From Ruditapes philippinarum (lineage: Eukaryota), in contig NW_026864100.1 of the NCBI RefSeq assembly GCF_026571515.1, forward strand, positions 124,001 through 188,000: DNA of 64,000 nt, written 5' to 3'. A program made the translations under genes and the position numbers. The notes below the pieces were generated by a model. The model made no database searches. It saw only the letters and a list, made by a program, of their open reading frames with translations, and was not told the DNA's origin. Positions 1 through 13,787 of the stretch are shown piece after piece; positions within the stretch are counted from its first letter, which is position 1, and each line of letters opens with the position of its first letter.

Positions 1-2940
1 AAGATCTCGAGTTCAGTGCCATTTCTCCTGACATGAATATAGCAAAAACATTCAAACTGCTCCAAATATGTGCTAGCTAAATGTATATACATTTGACAGT
101 GCATTTTTCGAGATATTAATTTAGCAATAACGTTAAAACTGCTTCAAATATGTGCTAGATACATGTATACAATAAGTGCATTCAATCAACGTGAACTATA
201 AATTATGCATCAACACGTCAACTTTTCAAATATACATTTCCTGAACCACCCTATGCCATAGGTGTTCGGCGCGCTGATCGGCCACCCACCCCACAACCCT
301 CCCAACCCCCAAAACCATGTAAACTGCAGTATTTTTCATTTGAAACATGTTTTAATATTTGGTATATGCTTTTAATTCAATTACCTTCATTTCCCACAAA
401 AATGAAAAAAAAATTGATTTATATATACATATTTAGTAAAGGTATGCAACTCGCTGCACATTTTTCAGCACTCATCTTTATATGAACTCCATAACTCCAA
501 CGTTTTTCACCAATTTTCAATATTATGGTTCTGAAAGGTTGGAGGGCCGCAAAGTGGGCGAGGGGCCCCCGGGGGCAGCCACCAACCAACGTGCCGAAAC
601 ATATGCCCAATACAATAGTGACCATCAAGATCGTGAGACCTGCATGACTCTGAGGGCAGATATTTCCAATTGCACTCCATGGGTTCGAATCCTTCCAATT
701 CAACCGACATATTTAATAATATAACATTAATCAGGTCTCCATTTGTTTTTAAATCGCATGATGTAAACACTTACATTCCATGCGTATAGAAAACTAGCAA
801 CAATTTAATGCATCATATCTTCGACAAGGCAGAACGCTGGTATTACATTTTAAGTATGCTTAGCAGCTATTGTCATTAGAATAGCATGCACTATTAACGT
901 GTTAGAAATTGTCCTAATTTTTTACCCCACAATCGACATAGGTTGCCACAATTGTACATAGGTTCGAGCTATATTTTTCAATTTGCAGCATTTCACACCA
1001 CCCATCCTGGTCAGTCCTGGACTGTCTTTCTTACAACTGTGTGAAGCGCTTATTTAAAATAGGTACTTATACTAATATACTTAACTGAGCTGTAAAAAGA
1101 TTTGAAACCATTAATAGATTTTATGGAATATTTACTAATAAAATATCTTTATTGGCCAAAAACATACTAAATTCCCAAACTCCAAGAATAATGGTTTAAG
1201 CTTTTTGTTGGACATAAATTATACTGCCAGTGTTATAAGCAATTACACAAAATATTCTTTCACTGGTCAGTTTGCAGCATCCAGCTATACTGTCAGTTAA
1301 AAGTTGTTTGATTCTGTATTGGTTATTAGTCAATTCAACCAATTAATAGACTTAAATAAACATTGATTATAATAATACACATGTATTTGCATTTTATTTT
1401 AACTGAAAGCCACACTGCAATACAGAAAGCATTTGCTGATTATCAGCCAAGACATTTTTGATTATCAAATTAAGTAGCTGCTGAAAAAAATATAGCTTAA
1501 TAATATGGTAATTTAAGTTTTGAACAAAGTGAAACCTTAGAACATTGCCAACGTATTTGCATCATTTTATTTAAACATTGTAAAGTTAGTGTTTTTTAGT
1601 GTGCCTTATTATGTTTATTGTTAATAAAATAATCCAGACAGAAATCAACAAAGTTTATTACCATGAAGATAAATAGGCACTCATTTTAAGAACAAAAATT
1701 ATATAAATATCAAGAGCTTAGATGGACTCTGAAGTGCATAATAATTTATTACAAAATTATGAAAATATTTGTACATTTAATTGACACTAATAGAATGTAA
1801 ACAGTATTAAACAGTATGTAATAGATATTTTTGACATAATGCATAATGCCCATCCAAGGCTTTAATTATAATGAGTGAACAGGTGAAAGTCAAATAAGTT
1901 TACATCTTGCCATAATTCCTTTCAATTTTATAATGTACTTTCCATTTATGAACGATAAATCAATGCCATTGGAAATTACCCAAAATGTTCAATTTATAAA
2001 AAGTTTGGGACAGTCTTTTTATATTTTAGGCATACTTATATTTTATCCTAAACATTTAAAAATATCAGTTGTAGGTCAATAACCTTTTTTCAGTCAATTA
2101 TTTGAAACATAAAGTCAATTCAGCATAACTTGACCATGACAAAATAGGCACAATGTCATTTTAATATCATAACCATGTTATTTTGAAATTTAATAGGGTG
2201 TACTTTTTCAAAATAAAATATTGTTTCAACACCGAAATTAAAGTAAGACAATTTCAATTAACTTTTTAAATATCAAACCTCACATCCTCTATTAGTTTAC
2301 ATAAAAATTGGTCTTGCAATTTAACCAAAGTTGGGTATCATACTAAAGCCAAGAGAAAACTGTCTTGAATGATTTTCCTTTGAACAACATTCAACAAAGA
2401 AAAGTTAAACGTTGAATGCATGATTTTGTGTAAATATTATCAACAGTGTTTAACACTAAAATTTAAGAAGCGTGTTCACTTTTATCACTAGTTTAGGGGA
2501 ATGAGTTCCTATCATATAGCATAAGATTATAAGAAATCCTAAAGAAATGGAAAACTTTTAACCTCTAAATTTAAAACTTCTAACCGCTAAATTAAAGTTT
2601 TAAGTTTAATTATGTGTAGATCTATGGTCAAATTATAAGAAAAAATAAAAAATAAATGATATACTTTCAAATTTAAAGTTTTATATTTGGATGGTGTTCA
2701 CTATCATTTAATAAATTAGCTATCCATTTATTATATTAAAATGTTTATCTTTTTAGGTTGTGTAAAGTAAATAAAAGGTGCAATGGAAAATAAATTTTAC
2801 AATGAAAAGTGAACTACAACTTGTCAACTTAAAATTGCAATAAATTATGAGACAAATATAAATTGTTATAAATCTGTACTGTAATGTAGCCTACACCATG
2901 AATTAAAAACAACATAGTCAGACAAAGACAAATATTTAAA

Positions 2941-3240
2941 ATTATTATTATTATTAATTTATTATTATTAATAATTTATTATTATTTTTATTATAATTAT
3001 GAATTCATGATTGTCTTATTATTATCATTAGATCACATCATCATTATTATTATTATTATTACAATTATCAATTCATCATCATCATTAATAATTTATTATT
3101 ATTATTATTATTAATAATTTATTATTATTATTATTATTAACAATTCATTATTATTATTATTATAATTACTATTTATTTATTGTTATTATTTTATTTTTAT
3201 ATAATGTTTATTAATTTACTATAATATTATTATTATCTAA
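2941..3240. repeat. Degenerate (ATT)n/(ATC)n microsatellite
   Basis: Runs of attattatt... and catcatc visible directly. Confidence 0.9.
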
Positions 3241-5396
3241 TATCTTAATCATGTGACTGATGTTGCATTGAAGTCTGCATCTTATAATTATATGTGCATT
3301 ATTAATTGATCAATTTCTATTTAATGTGATTTTAACCCCTTCTTATCCAACATACATACTTAATTTTACCATAAAAACAATAGGCCCTAAAATAAGGCAA
3401 TGTATTCACATCTATGATAACAAAAACTGAAATATAACTGAATAATTAATTTGTTCAACATGTAGATCTAAACCTAGGTTTCACATTGAAAAATAATGTA
3501 TAAAAGGAAATACCTCACCTTATACTGTAAGGAACTAAACTACTAGCTCTACTAACATCAGTCACAAATTAATCTCATACAATAATAACAATTCATCAAA
3601 TGTCAGGAGTCATCACAAGACGCTGCTGATCACCATCGCATTTATTTCCACATTTCCCATACAGACCAGTAGTGTATTGTCTTTAATCACATTCTTCCAA
3701 TCTCGTCCAGCAAAAAGAAAATTATAGATCTATTTTGAAGATTTAAAAGCAAATCAAATATATTTTAAAACTGATTAATAATAACTGATTTATTATGAAC
3801 CTGTTAGATTAATAGACACATTTTTTCCTAATTCAGGACAATTAGCACAAGTTAACAAAAATTTCTTGCTTCCACCATTCTTAACGCCATTGAAAATAGC
3901 AAAGTGCACCTACTGACCTAGCTAGATTATCGTATTATTTATAGATTCTATATCACTTTTTTTTTAAAGGTTTTCATTCATAACTAATAAACCGCGAATG
4001 ATTTAACATTATAGCGAGATAAAGACATAGCTAAACGAATAGCCGTGGGCGAGAGTAAATCCATGGATCGTCATAGTTTAAAATTGTCAATTTACGGCAG
4101 CAGTCAGCATCAAGCTAGACAAAGTACAATCTTATGTTCATTTCACAAAACAATGAATATAAATAATTTAAATTTAAACTGTTCTCGACAACAATCTTTT
4201 GAAGATCTAAATCTGAATTGACTAAAAAAACTTCTCTGTCCTACTCCATATAATATCCTGCTTGATTCAGTGTTCCATGTTCCCACCAAAAACATCAAGA
4301 ACAAATCCGCTTTAATCGTGGAAAATATAAACAAAATTGCTGCTTATAGGGCACACAGAAAATCACCGACGTCTTATCGATTCATATCTAGAAGATATTA
4401 CTATCGATTGCTTTTTGATCAGCGATTTTTCCCTTTTTTTTTTAACATTTCATTTCTTCCATTGTTACAACATTCGACGCCAGCGTTAAAAGGATATGAC
4501 GTAGATACAGTACACACGTCATAACCAGGGCAGAGTATAAGTTGTTCCCCAAATAACAGAGACTATTCTATAGAAATAGTCATCATTATTTTGATGCGTA
4601 GAATCTATACAGTCATGTCCGGTGATTCTACGCATCAAAACTCAAAGCCGGTGTTAAATAGCTGATTAGCACCGCTTAGACCGATATTATTTCTTAGATA
4701 CATGTAACAGTCAGGGGATTGATGCAACAAACAATAACGTCAATGTACATATTAAATATATTGATTGCTAACAACAGGAAAGAACATGTCACATATTGTG
4801 ACACTGCACGTATTGACAGTAACTATTTAGAAATCATATGTTACCAATTCATAGAATTTATAAGATTATCATAGAAATGTATGAGATATTCATTGTATAA
4901 TCCATTTTTACAATACCGCACACATATATGTACTGCAGAATATTATTCACGTTCATTCACAAATTAGAAATGTCTATGGCATAGGTCGCCTGATTTTATG
5001 ATAAGAAATTAGATGGAACTAAGGGTAAACAATGTATTTAAAAGATCAGTGTCAACGCTGTTTTGAAAAATACAAATTCCTCCATAAAAGTTTTAGAATT
5101 TTTTATTGAAATTCTAAAGGACAATTTGTTATTCAATGAAAAAGATAATAAAATCAAAATAAAGATATTTCCTCTTTGTTTGTAGGTTTTCTTGATAACG
5201 CACCACTGTGAAAACATGTCGTAGATTCAGATTTAATTGTGACTTTTTCTATTTTGATTGTTAACATTCAACCAAAAACTTCCATTTCTAGGTACATGTA
5301 TAAAAAAGGTTTTAATAATGAAAAAATAAGATAAGATAAATAGATATTTGTTTATTTTATTGGGTTTTAAGTTATAATTTTAGGAAAGAATCTACT

Positions 5397-5470
5397 TCAA
5401 TCAATCAATTAATCAATCAATAAGTCGAATAAACAAACAATCAATCAATCAACCAACCAATCAATCAATA
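5397..5470. repeat. (AATC)n-type tetranucleotide microsatellite
   Basis: tcaatcaatc/aaccaacc runs. Confidence 0.7.
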
Positions 5471-6288
5471 AAATTGAAACAGAGAGTAATTGAATGAATA
5501 AATGAATTGTTTTTTTTTTTTTAATAAAGAAATCAATATAGTGTATAAAAATCCTAATAAAGGAATGAATGAAATATTAAGAGTATCTTTTGAGTGATAA
5601 AAATTTTATTAAATGTATTCCTTTTAAAAATGCTTCTGCCTTTGTTGTTGTAAAGCTATGTGCCTCCAGATAAGCCAAAATATTTCTATAAAATCAGACT
5701 TAAAAATTATTACTTAGACTTTAGGAATAAAACAATATGAATGATTCAAGTTATAATTGACATGTTGACTGATTTTTTCAATATAATGACTATATTCCTA
5801 CTGGGTTACTAACACAGTGAGGGCTTTTTTGCACATTTTTACCTCATTTTAGTAATTTATGTGAGTTGTAAGTGCAATTAAAAAGGTGTAAACTGCTTCC
5901 TTTTGGTCATTACACATTATTACACGTTACACATATTTTAAGAGTTTTCATGAAAATAAGCATAAATCTGGAGGCATGCAGCATAAAGTCATATGTTAGG
6001 TAACTTATCTTGTGTTTTTGTTTGTTTGTTTTTATCGAAAACTCTAGATTGCAAAATATTAAAGGGAGATAACCCTAGTATTTCTACCTTTGATCTAAGT
6101 TACATGTCTTTTTTCCCTTTTTATAAAATCATATGGGTATATCAAACAATACATAAATACAACAATAAAACACAGGCAAAATAGAAAACATGGCTCATAC
6201 AGGTTAATTATAAATTTGAAATAGTCTTATAACACATACAATACACTTGGATATTACACTTGGATACAGGCGAAATATATATAACACA

Positions 6289-6880
6289 CGTTACACTACT
6301 CAGTATCAGATAGACGGTTACACAACTCAGTATCAGACAGATGATTACACAACTCGGTATCAGACAGATGATTACACAACTCGGTATCAGACAGATGGCT
6401 ACACAAAACAGTATCAGACAGATGATTACACAACTCGGTATCAGACAGATGGTTACACAAAACAGTATCAGACAGACGGTTACACAACTCGGTATCAGAC
6501 AGATGGTTACACAACTAAGTATCAGACAGATGGTTACACAACTCAATATCAGACAGATGGTTACACAACTCAATATCAGACAGATGGCTACACAACTCAA
6601 TATCAGACAGATGGTTACACAACTCAATATCAGACAGATGGTTACACAACTCAGTATCAGACATATGGTTACACAACACAGTATCAGACAGATTGTTACA
6701 CAACATAGTATCAGACAGATGGTTACATAACACAGTATCAGACAGATAATTACACAACTCAGTAACAGACAGATCGTTACACAACTTAATATCAGACAGA
6801 TGGTTACACAACTCAGTAACAGACAGATGGTTACACAACACAGTATCAGACAGATGGTTACACAACTCAGTATCAGACAG
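6289..6880. repeat. 27-bp minisatellite, about 22 copies
   Basis: Unit GGTTACACAACTCAGTATCAGACAGAT. It lies just past the sulfotransferase stop codon (putative 3' UTR) and explains five repetitive ORFs in the track. Confidence 0.95.
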
Positions 6881-6894
6881 GTGGAATTAAGTGG

Positions 6895-9014
6895 TTAATG
6901 AGGAGCAATTGTAGAATAATTAAACATTTTAAAATCGAATTTGTAAATGTCAACAATTTGTGTCAAAGTTTCATTTCTTATTTTCTTGTATGCGTCTACT
7001 AACGCTTTATAACGTTGTCGTTTCATTTCTGATGACGTCATTTTATTTCTTTTTATAGCAGCAAGTATAACTTCTGAGACATAAGATGTGTTGTCATACT
7101 GACCGCTACTATTAAACAGTTTTCTCGGAAACTTAATTGTAACTTTCAAGTACCCTTGTATTTTAAAAGCGGTCCATATTCTTTGTATTAATTTTTGGCC
7201 ACACACACATGTTCCATTTTTCGTTATCTTATTTCTATTGAGGACTGTTTGGACGATTCCTGGTATAGTTGTTTCAATTTTGAGTTCATGTAACGCTGAT
7301 AGAATCGTGTCAAGCTTTTCATCAGGTACACTGAAAGCTTTCAATGCCTGCTCTACGTCTTTTGAAAAGCTTTCTTGTTTCACAAGTATATAAGCGCTTA
7401 CATCACACGGACGACATAGATTATAAATTGGTGCCCAGTGGCGATTTAATGTCTGTCCCATTTCCACTTTAAGAATGATAAAATCCAAGAACTCCTTAAA
7501 TGTGATGTCATCAGGACACAATTTGTTTACCCATGTCGGCCTAAGCTGCAGAATATTTTTGTTGACATCGTCATCTAAAAACAAATATGATCTGTCTATG
7601 AACGCTGAAAACAGACGACTAAACGGGTCACGTGACACAATGACGGACAGAGATTTTTTTCTTACATGACTCTCTATCTTTACAGTAAATTTATTTGCCA
7701 AATAGTGAACAAGCGTTCTTCCTTCCGAAAAAAGTTCTTCTGTATTTTCCACTCCGTTCTCTAAAATGTTAAAGATTTGCATCCAAAATGTCGATCCTGA
7801 CTTTGTCACCTTACAATATGTAAAGTTGTAAGTTGGTGAATAGTAGTAAAAAGTACTGTTTTTACCTTTGTATATAGGATTCCGAAATATGTCTTTTTCT
7901 TTGCAAACTTTGTTGATTCTATTTATTCTCCGACTTTGCTCTGATGGATATATTTGATTGAGATAAGTCATTTTTTCAGTTGTGCTAAAGCTTTGTGCTT
8001 GAAGTTTTTTGTTCAAACGTGTCGATGTTACTTTCTGAATGAGATCTATAGTTTATATAAGAAGCAATAGAAACAAGTTAAAAACAAGATAAAGTGTTAT
8101 TGACATAACGGGACTGGAAATATTTTTTCAAAATCAATGTTCCATTTTATGCAGTTCAATAACTTGTGTGCAAATGTTCAGATCATTCGCTCATTATGTT
8201 TTTCCAGAACTCTTATTGTGAAATAAAAAGCGCTGAAACGCTTTTCACAGAATAGCATAATTAAGCATAATTAAGTGAAATTCTTTTTAAAAGAGAATTT
8301 TTTTAAAAAGCTTTACTAAAAACGGATTCCTAATTCCTAGGACTTTATAACCTATATCAGGCAAAAGACGCAAGAACAATCCTACTTAGGACTTAGGAGA
8401 AGAATTTCATAAGACATGTTGTCTTTCATTCTAATCCTGTTTTTTAAGAATATTTGAATTGCTCTCTGTATATTGTGAATTATAATATTGTATATATTCT
8501 GAGAAATAAAATATGTTTAAACTAAACTTACGAAAACAAAAAGAAAAAGATGAAAATCTGAGTATCAAAAAAGATAAAGAAAAAAACCCTTTCATGTCCA
8601 GCCCCAACCCTAACTTTAACCTCTCACCCTTGCAGTGGATTATGCAGTATTACAAAATCACACAAAATTATCACTACGCTTGTATGCATATCTTCAAGTC
8701 AACAAATCTTGAAACAATCACTTTGAACTCAAAATCATCTTTAACAAATAAACAACAGAATAATTGATAAAAAAAATCCTCATTCCACCATAGCGTCGTG
8801 ATAATAAGTAAAACTTTCTATATAAAGCATTCACGTTTTTAGATAAATTAATATATAAATCGTTCGATAAAGGCTGATTATTATTGTGATAAAGTTTGAA
8901 ATGAAAAAAGTAACCTTGAGTGAAATTCAACGTTCCGCTGTATTCCAACAAAAAACAAGCTAGGAACGTGACTAACACCGCGGCACCAACAACCACACGT
9001 GTCCTAATATCATA
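6895..9014 (-). CDS. Carbohydrate sulfotransferase (Sulfotransfer_2 / CHST8-14-like), type II Golgi membrane protein
   Basis: Main exon 8045-6895 has the 5'-PSB motif YCKVTKSGSTFW, the 3'-PB motif RDPFSRLFSAF, and HW..CRPC. Upstream exon 9014-8915 encodes a hydrophobic anchor (VVVGAAVLVTFLACFLL). The phase-1 junction CAAG|gttact ... tatag|AT joins the two in frame. Start codon unresolved. Confidence 0.88.
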
Positions 9015-9669
9015 CTGCAACAGGATAAAAATTATTCTTTCTTATAATTTTAAAACTATTAGTTAGTCATTTATTTTCATCCATCAAATATATATATATT
9101 GGTAATAAAGTTCTAAAGAACAAAATATTATTATCTATCATATAAATGTTTATGAATCACAAAGAACTTTAGCCGCATTTATTCTTAAAGCAGCATTGTT
9201 TTTTACATTTGCTGAAATACTTATGGAAAGTATGCCTATTATAGACCTATCCACTTTGAACATAGAAATTTTGATAATAATGTAATTTTTTTGCTATAAG
9301 AACTTTATTTGACAAAATAAACAATTGCAATAAACTTACTCACAAGTTAGGACACTGCTCTATCCATATTCAATATACTATCAGACATGTTTTTGTATTC
9401 TAAATATATTAAAAGTTTATACATGCACGTATTTTAAGACTCATAATGTATATACTACTTAATATATCTTTGTTATACACCAGATGCTCATTCGTCATAT
9501 ACATCTAACACTTTCACAGTTTTTCTAATCTATTTCTACAAGGTCATGCTAAAATTTATTGCATTGGCATGATGATGCTTTATGTGCAATTTTCAACACA
9601 TGTTCCTTATCTACAATTTTATTCAATATTTACATACATTTTCTCAGTTTCAGTAGTAGAATGAATGTG

Positions 9670-9914
9670 TCGATATTGTAAGTTTTACTTTATGCAGACG
9701 ATATTGTTATTATCACTGAAAATGAAACTGATTTACAGGATATATTAAACCACCTAAATGATTGGTGCCTCATAAACGGAAGTTTGTAAATGCCAGTTAA
9801 AGTAATGTTAAGCACTTTAGACCAAAGGCTGTGCCTAGATCTGAATATGTTTTTAAATGTGGTATATCAGTAATTGAGTATGCTTGTAAGTACATGTATC
9901 TTGGTAGTATGTTA
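9670..9914 (+). pseudogene. Non-LTR retrotransposon reverse transcriptase fragment, 5' part
   Basis: Translates LYADDIVIITENETDLQDILNHLNDWC...YKMYLG-type motif (KYMYLGSM), with frameshifts; continues at 12676. Confidence 0.85.
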
Positions 9915-10377
9915 AACCCCTATCACACGAGGGCAGCGTAAAGAAAACTTCAAAACGCCGAGGTGAGCGCAGTAAGATCGCAAACTTTGCCGAAGCATCG
10001 TAGTAGCATCGCATAGAAAGCCGACCGATGGCGCGCATTTTTAGCATGCTCAAAACAAACGCCGTCACTCGGCGTTCTGATAAGAGTGCTGTGGGATCGC
10101 AGTAAGGGCGTCATAGCAACTCAGTAGCATCTTTTACAACGTAACAGAAGCGCCGTAAAAGCGCAGGAGGATCGCCGAATAAACACCGTGTCTATCCACA
10201 GCGCTTGTACGGAGATTGTGCGGCGTCTCTGCTGCGCTTATACTGCGTGTGTATGGCGCTTTAACGGAGCTTTATATTTCTAAAACTCTCTTAATTCGAC
10301 TTCACGGCACTGTCACGGCGACCATTGCGCTCTCATGGCGATTCTACTGCGTTTTTCTGAAATTGCAGACTACTGTC

Positions 10378-10650
10378 CAGTAGAATCCCAACTTAGGACC
10401 ACCCGGAATTAAGACCACCCTTCTATTAAGACCACTTTTTAAAGAACGGAATTTTCTGTTCTTTATGTTAATGGTAACATGATCCACAATTAAGACCAAC
10501 CCATTAATACGCTTTTAATACCACCAGTTTCAGTCCCAATTCCAGTAAATACCTATTAAGAGCACAGTTTGTTGTAATTCATCTGCTTGAATTCTCTAAA
10601 GCATGACATTATTCAGAGTGAGTAATCGCTGGTATATGGTATATGAATCA
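10378..10650. mobile_element. Truncated pogo/Tc1-like MITE fragment
   Basis: cagtagaatccc terminus followed by repeated ttaagaccac motifs; AT-richer than the surrounding element; right end not found. Confidence 0.45.
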
Positions 10651-11875
10651 TGCTTTCAGCGCAGTGTGAGCGCCGTGTGAGCAGCGTGAACGCGCAGTGG
10701 AAGCTCATAGAACGCACCAGAAGGGCAGTCCGAACGCAAACAATCGCCATTTAAAACGCCGTAAGAACGCACTACATGCCGTGGAAGCTCCGTAACAACG
10801 CCATGATCGCCGTAAGGACGTCGTGAAGACGCCGTGAAGTCTCCATGTCATCAAACATATTAGTTTTTCCTTGCGATCTCGCAGCGCTTTGTTAATATCT
10901 ACGTCACATAACAAGCGGGGACCGGCCGATATAGAGGGACCGATTGGACACCGTTGATAATTTTAGATCGGAAAGAACATTTCAATCATGTCCGGAAAGA
11001 AATGGGTGGTCTTTCAACCTCTGTGGTCCGCTAGTTATTCGGACGGATTCCGAAGTGTATTCACCCGATCACCCGGAGAAAACACTTGGCATCTTCTTTC
11101 TGGACACCGATCGATATTCTTAAGTGAATCGGCAGAGTATCGTACGGTAATTGTCCGATTGCCTTCCGTTATCCGGTCGGTTTTAGAGCCATCGTACAGT
11201 GACTGTAAAGTATACGGGCAAAAGCCGTACGATATCCGGCAGGCTGTCGGACGGTATTCGTATGGTATGTTCTCCCTCTTTCCTGCTGTTCTTCATGTTC
11301 CAACTTTTGCTAGTTTTCTCCTTTGTGTTCTGGGTTAACTTGCTCTCTTCCCCAGACTTATGTCTCACCTTTCTTTACTGGCTGTTTTGCATATTACACC
11401 TTGAAATCAAAGTTTCCGATAAAAGATTGTAAATGGAACTTGTAAACGTTCCAAAAACACCTGACTGTGTGAAAACGCAGAACTTTAATGAGAGAGTATA
11501 TGTGAGCAATTAATTTTTCTTATTCTCGACATCGGTTTCCCGTACAAGCGAGTCCTCCAGAAGAGTATTAGTCGTTTTAGATTTCTTAGGACAGCGCAAG
11601 ATACAGATACAGCAAGAAGCCCAAATTTAGAAAAATATGTAAAACAAGCTTAACAAGAAAAGACGGAGTTCAATAATAAAGAAAACCCGACACAATCCAG
11701 CATCACGGGACCGCCGTTAAGGAGCCCAGCAAGATACCAAAGAAACCACGAGAGTGCACAAGGCAACGCCAAGAAGCTTCTTCTTCTTATGCAATCCAAG
11801 CACTTATATAAAGCACTAATACACGTTGGACCTCAATTTTAAGTCTCGACCAAAATAGTTTACAGAAATTTTAGT

Positions 11876-11952
11876 TGGCAAGCCCCGGAATCGAAACCAC
11901 AATGTCGAGATTACAAGTCTAGCGATTTTGCCGAATGCACTTTGCAGACTGG
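11876..11952 (-). other. Degenerate tRNA-like sequence (TGT anticodon-like loop), probably a SINE head or tRNA pseudogene
   Basis: Minus strand reads ctaga-CTTGTAA-tctcg...ggtttcgattccggggcttgcca; stems imperfect. Confidence 0.4.
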
Positions 11953-11972
11953 ATAACGAGAGAATAGTATTA

Positions 11973-12178
11973 GGTGATGGTATTTGTGATTTCCCCTCCG
12001 GATCACCTCAGTAAGCGCAGTTCAGCCACGGCGGCATCGTTCCTTTACAGTCTGTCAAGCACGTATACAGAAATAATCTTCTTCACTTTAATAAGGAATT
12101 GATAACTGCACGAAAGTGAACTGCACCGTCCGAGAATTTAACACGGGTCGCCTAGTTCACAGTTTAACGGTTAACCTG
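11973..12178 (-). mobile_element. tRNA-derived SINE related to the copy at 21332
   Basis: Minus strand shares ggcgaccc..acggtgcag..cactttcg, gcttgacag, gctgaactg and ggaggg..taccatcacc with 21332-21613. Confidence 0.7.
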
Positions 12179-12675
12179 TCGTAAGATCTGTTTAATACTC
12201 CAAACGCTCCTTCGGGGCAACTTAAGACCCATACGTGCAGCATACTGCGTCTATCCGGATTCCAGCCGGTTACCTGCCGAGTCTCCTTCGATGACCGCTC
12301 GGATATCGCTCGAAAACTGGAGGATTATTTGGCGCTCAAGATGTGAAAATTTTCACCTACATGTAACCGATATCAAAAGGAGTCCGGCCGGGTATCAGAG
12401 GGTATTTCACCGTGTCTGCTGCGGTGAGCTGGCGAGGTACCGGATGCCGCAAGAAAATAACTCCGCGCTAAAATTCTCCGATTACTCGTACGGTGTCTCA
12501 CCGGTGACTTGACACCGGAGGGTCACCGGGCGGAGACCTTAAAAATTTGATAATTTCAGCCCGTTCAGACATCGGTACCCCATCGTTAACCTAATCGGAG
12601 TGTAATGTGACGCAGGCTTAAATTTAACAACGCCGTACAAACGCAGTAAAAGCGCAGTCTAGTGCGACAGGGCCT

Positions 12676-12980
12676 TTTGATGAATTCTTAGATTATAATG
12701 GTTTAGCTAAATATGTTGCACAAAGTGCTGGTCGTGCCCTGGGACTCCTCACTACTAAATTTAAGAATTCCAGCGATTTTCCTTTCGAGGTATATACAAA
12801 ACTTTATGATGCTTGTCATATGGTACATCTGTCTGGGGAACAAAGCAAGCTTCATGCATTAATTCGGTTCGTCATAGAGCAATGAAGTTTTTCCTCGGCA
12901 CGGGCAAGAACACTCTAAATGTTGCTGTACCAGGTGAATGGGTTGGATTCATCATTAATTATCATTATTGATCAATGGAA
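12676..12980 (+). pseudogene. Non-LTR retrotransposon RT fragment, 3' continuation
   Basis: DEFLDYNGLAKYVAQSAGRALGLLTTKFKN...EVYTKLYD follows logically on the YLG motif at 9897-9914. Confidence 0.75.
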
Positions 12981-13787
12981 AGCTTTTTGTAATCATGTTG
13001 TTTAAATTATGGTATGTATGGGGTAAATAAATGTATATTTGTATCGGCATTGGATAAAGGAAATACTATAACTAAATACTTAATACTAGAAGTCAAGTAC
13101 AATATTCTTGTGAACGTTTATAAATCAAAGTATTTGCTGAATAATCATAGCAAAAACTTGTTTTTCAGAATACATTCCATGCTGCACTACATTGCTATAT
13201 ACATACTGTTCGGGATTTTTTTAGAATTATCCGTTACCATGATGATAATTGACAAAAAAATCTAAAATATATTATTTCAGGCCATTTGAAAATATGGGAT
13301 AATTTAATATTTAAAAAACTTATTTGCTACAAAGGATAAACTTTTTCTATTCATTTTACTCGCACCATCGTTTATTTTAATAATTACAATAATTGTTTAA
13401 CAAAACACTGCATATCCTTCTCCTATCGGTATATTTAATAATAATATGCTACTGTATAAAAAATTCTTTGTTGTTATTAATATATCATTAAATTTTGCCC
13501 GAACAAACAAGTTTTGAGGTTTTTCTTGTCTTACGTATTTGGGTGACAGTCGTAAATCAAGAGAATTTTTAAAACATCCATTTCATTGTTTTCCTTTGCC
13601 AATTATATGAAATTAACGGATTGAAGACAACTGTACGTATGTCAAGTGACATTCAAGCAGAAAATGATACAATGACTTTGTTAATCCAAAATTGATGGGA
13701 ATTAACAGCCAGGCCTGCTCATCTGTGAAGTCTTGACAGGCTCTTTAATCTTCGCAGTTTTTATCTTGATATCCCCAAAACTGATAT

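Larger units (their letters stand above)
10896..12618. mobile_element. Non-autonomous PIF/Harbinger-like transposon (inner element)
   Basis: TIRs tatctacgtcacat / rc agcctgcgtcacat, TAA target-site duplication at 10893-10895 and 12619-12621, no transposase ORF. Confidence 0.7.
9915..12675. mobile_element. Non-autonomous PIF/Harbinger-like DNA transposon (outer element) inserted in the LINE fragment
   Basis: Imperfect TIRs aacccctatcacacgag / rc aggccctgtcgcactag (12/17), flanks tta/ttt, GC-rich internal cgccgt motifs. It splits the RT reading frame cleanly. Confidence 0.65.

Noticed and set aside
250-4985. 12-bp inverted match cctatgccatag / ctatggcatagg as possible transposon ends
   Set aside because: Too short, no direct TSD, expected by chance over this distance
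6208-6865. Repetitive ORFs (QYQTDGYTT, CNHLSDTEL and others), and a CRISPR-like appearance
   Set aside because: Head-to-tail 27-bp minisatellite with no unique spacers, open in several frames by chance, with non-ATG or in-repeat starts
10988-11432. ORFs inside the inner Harbinger-like element as transposase or Myb protein
   Set aside because: No DDE or Myb/SANT motifs recognisable
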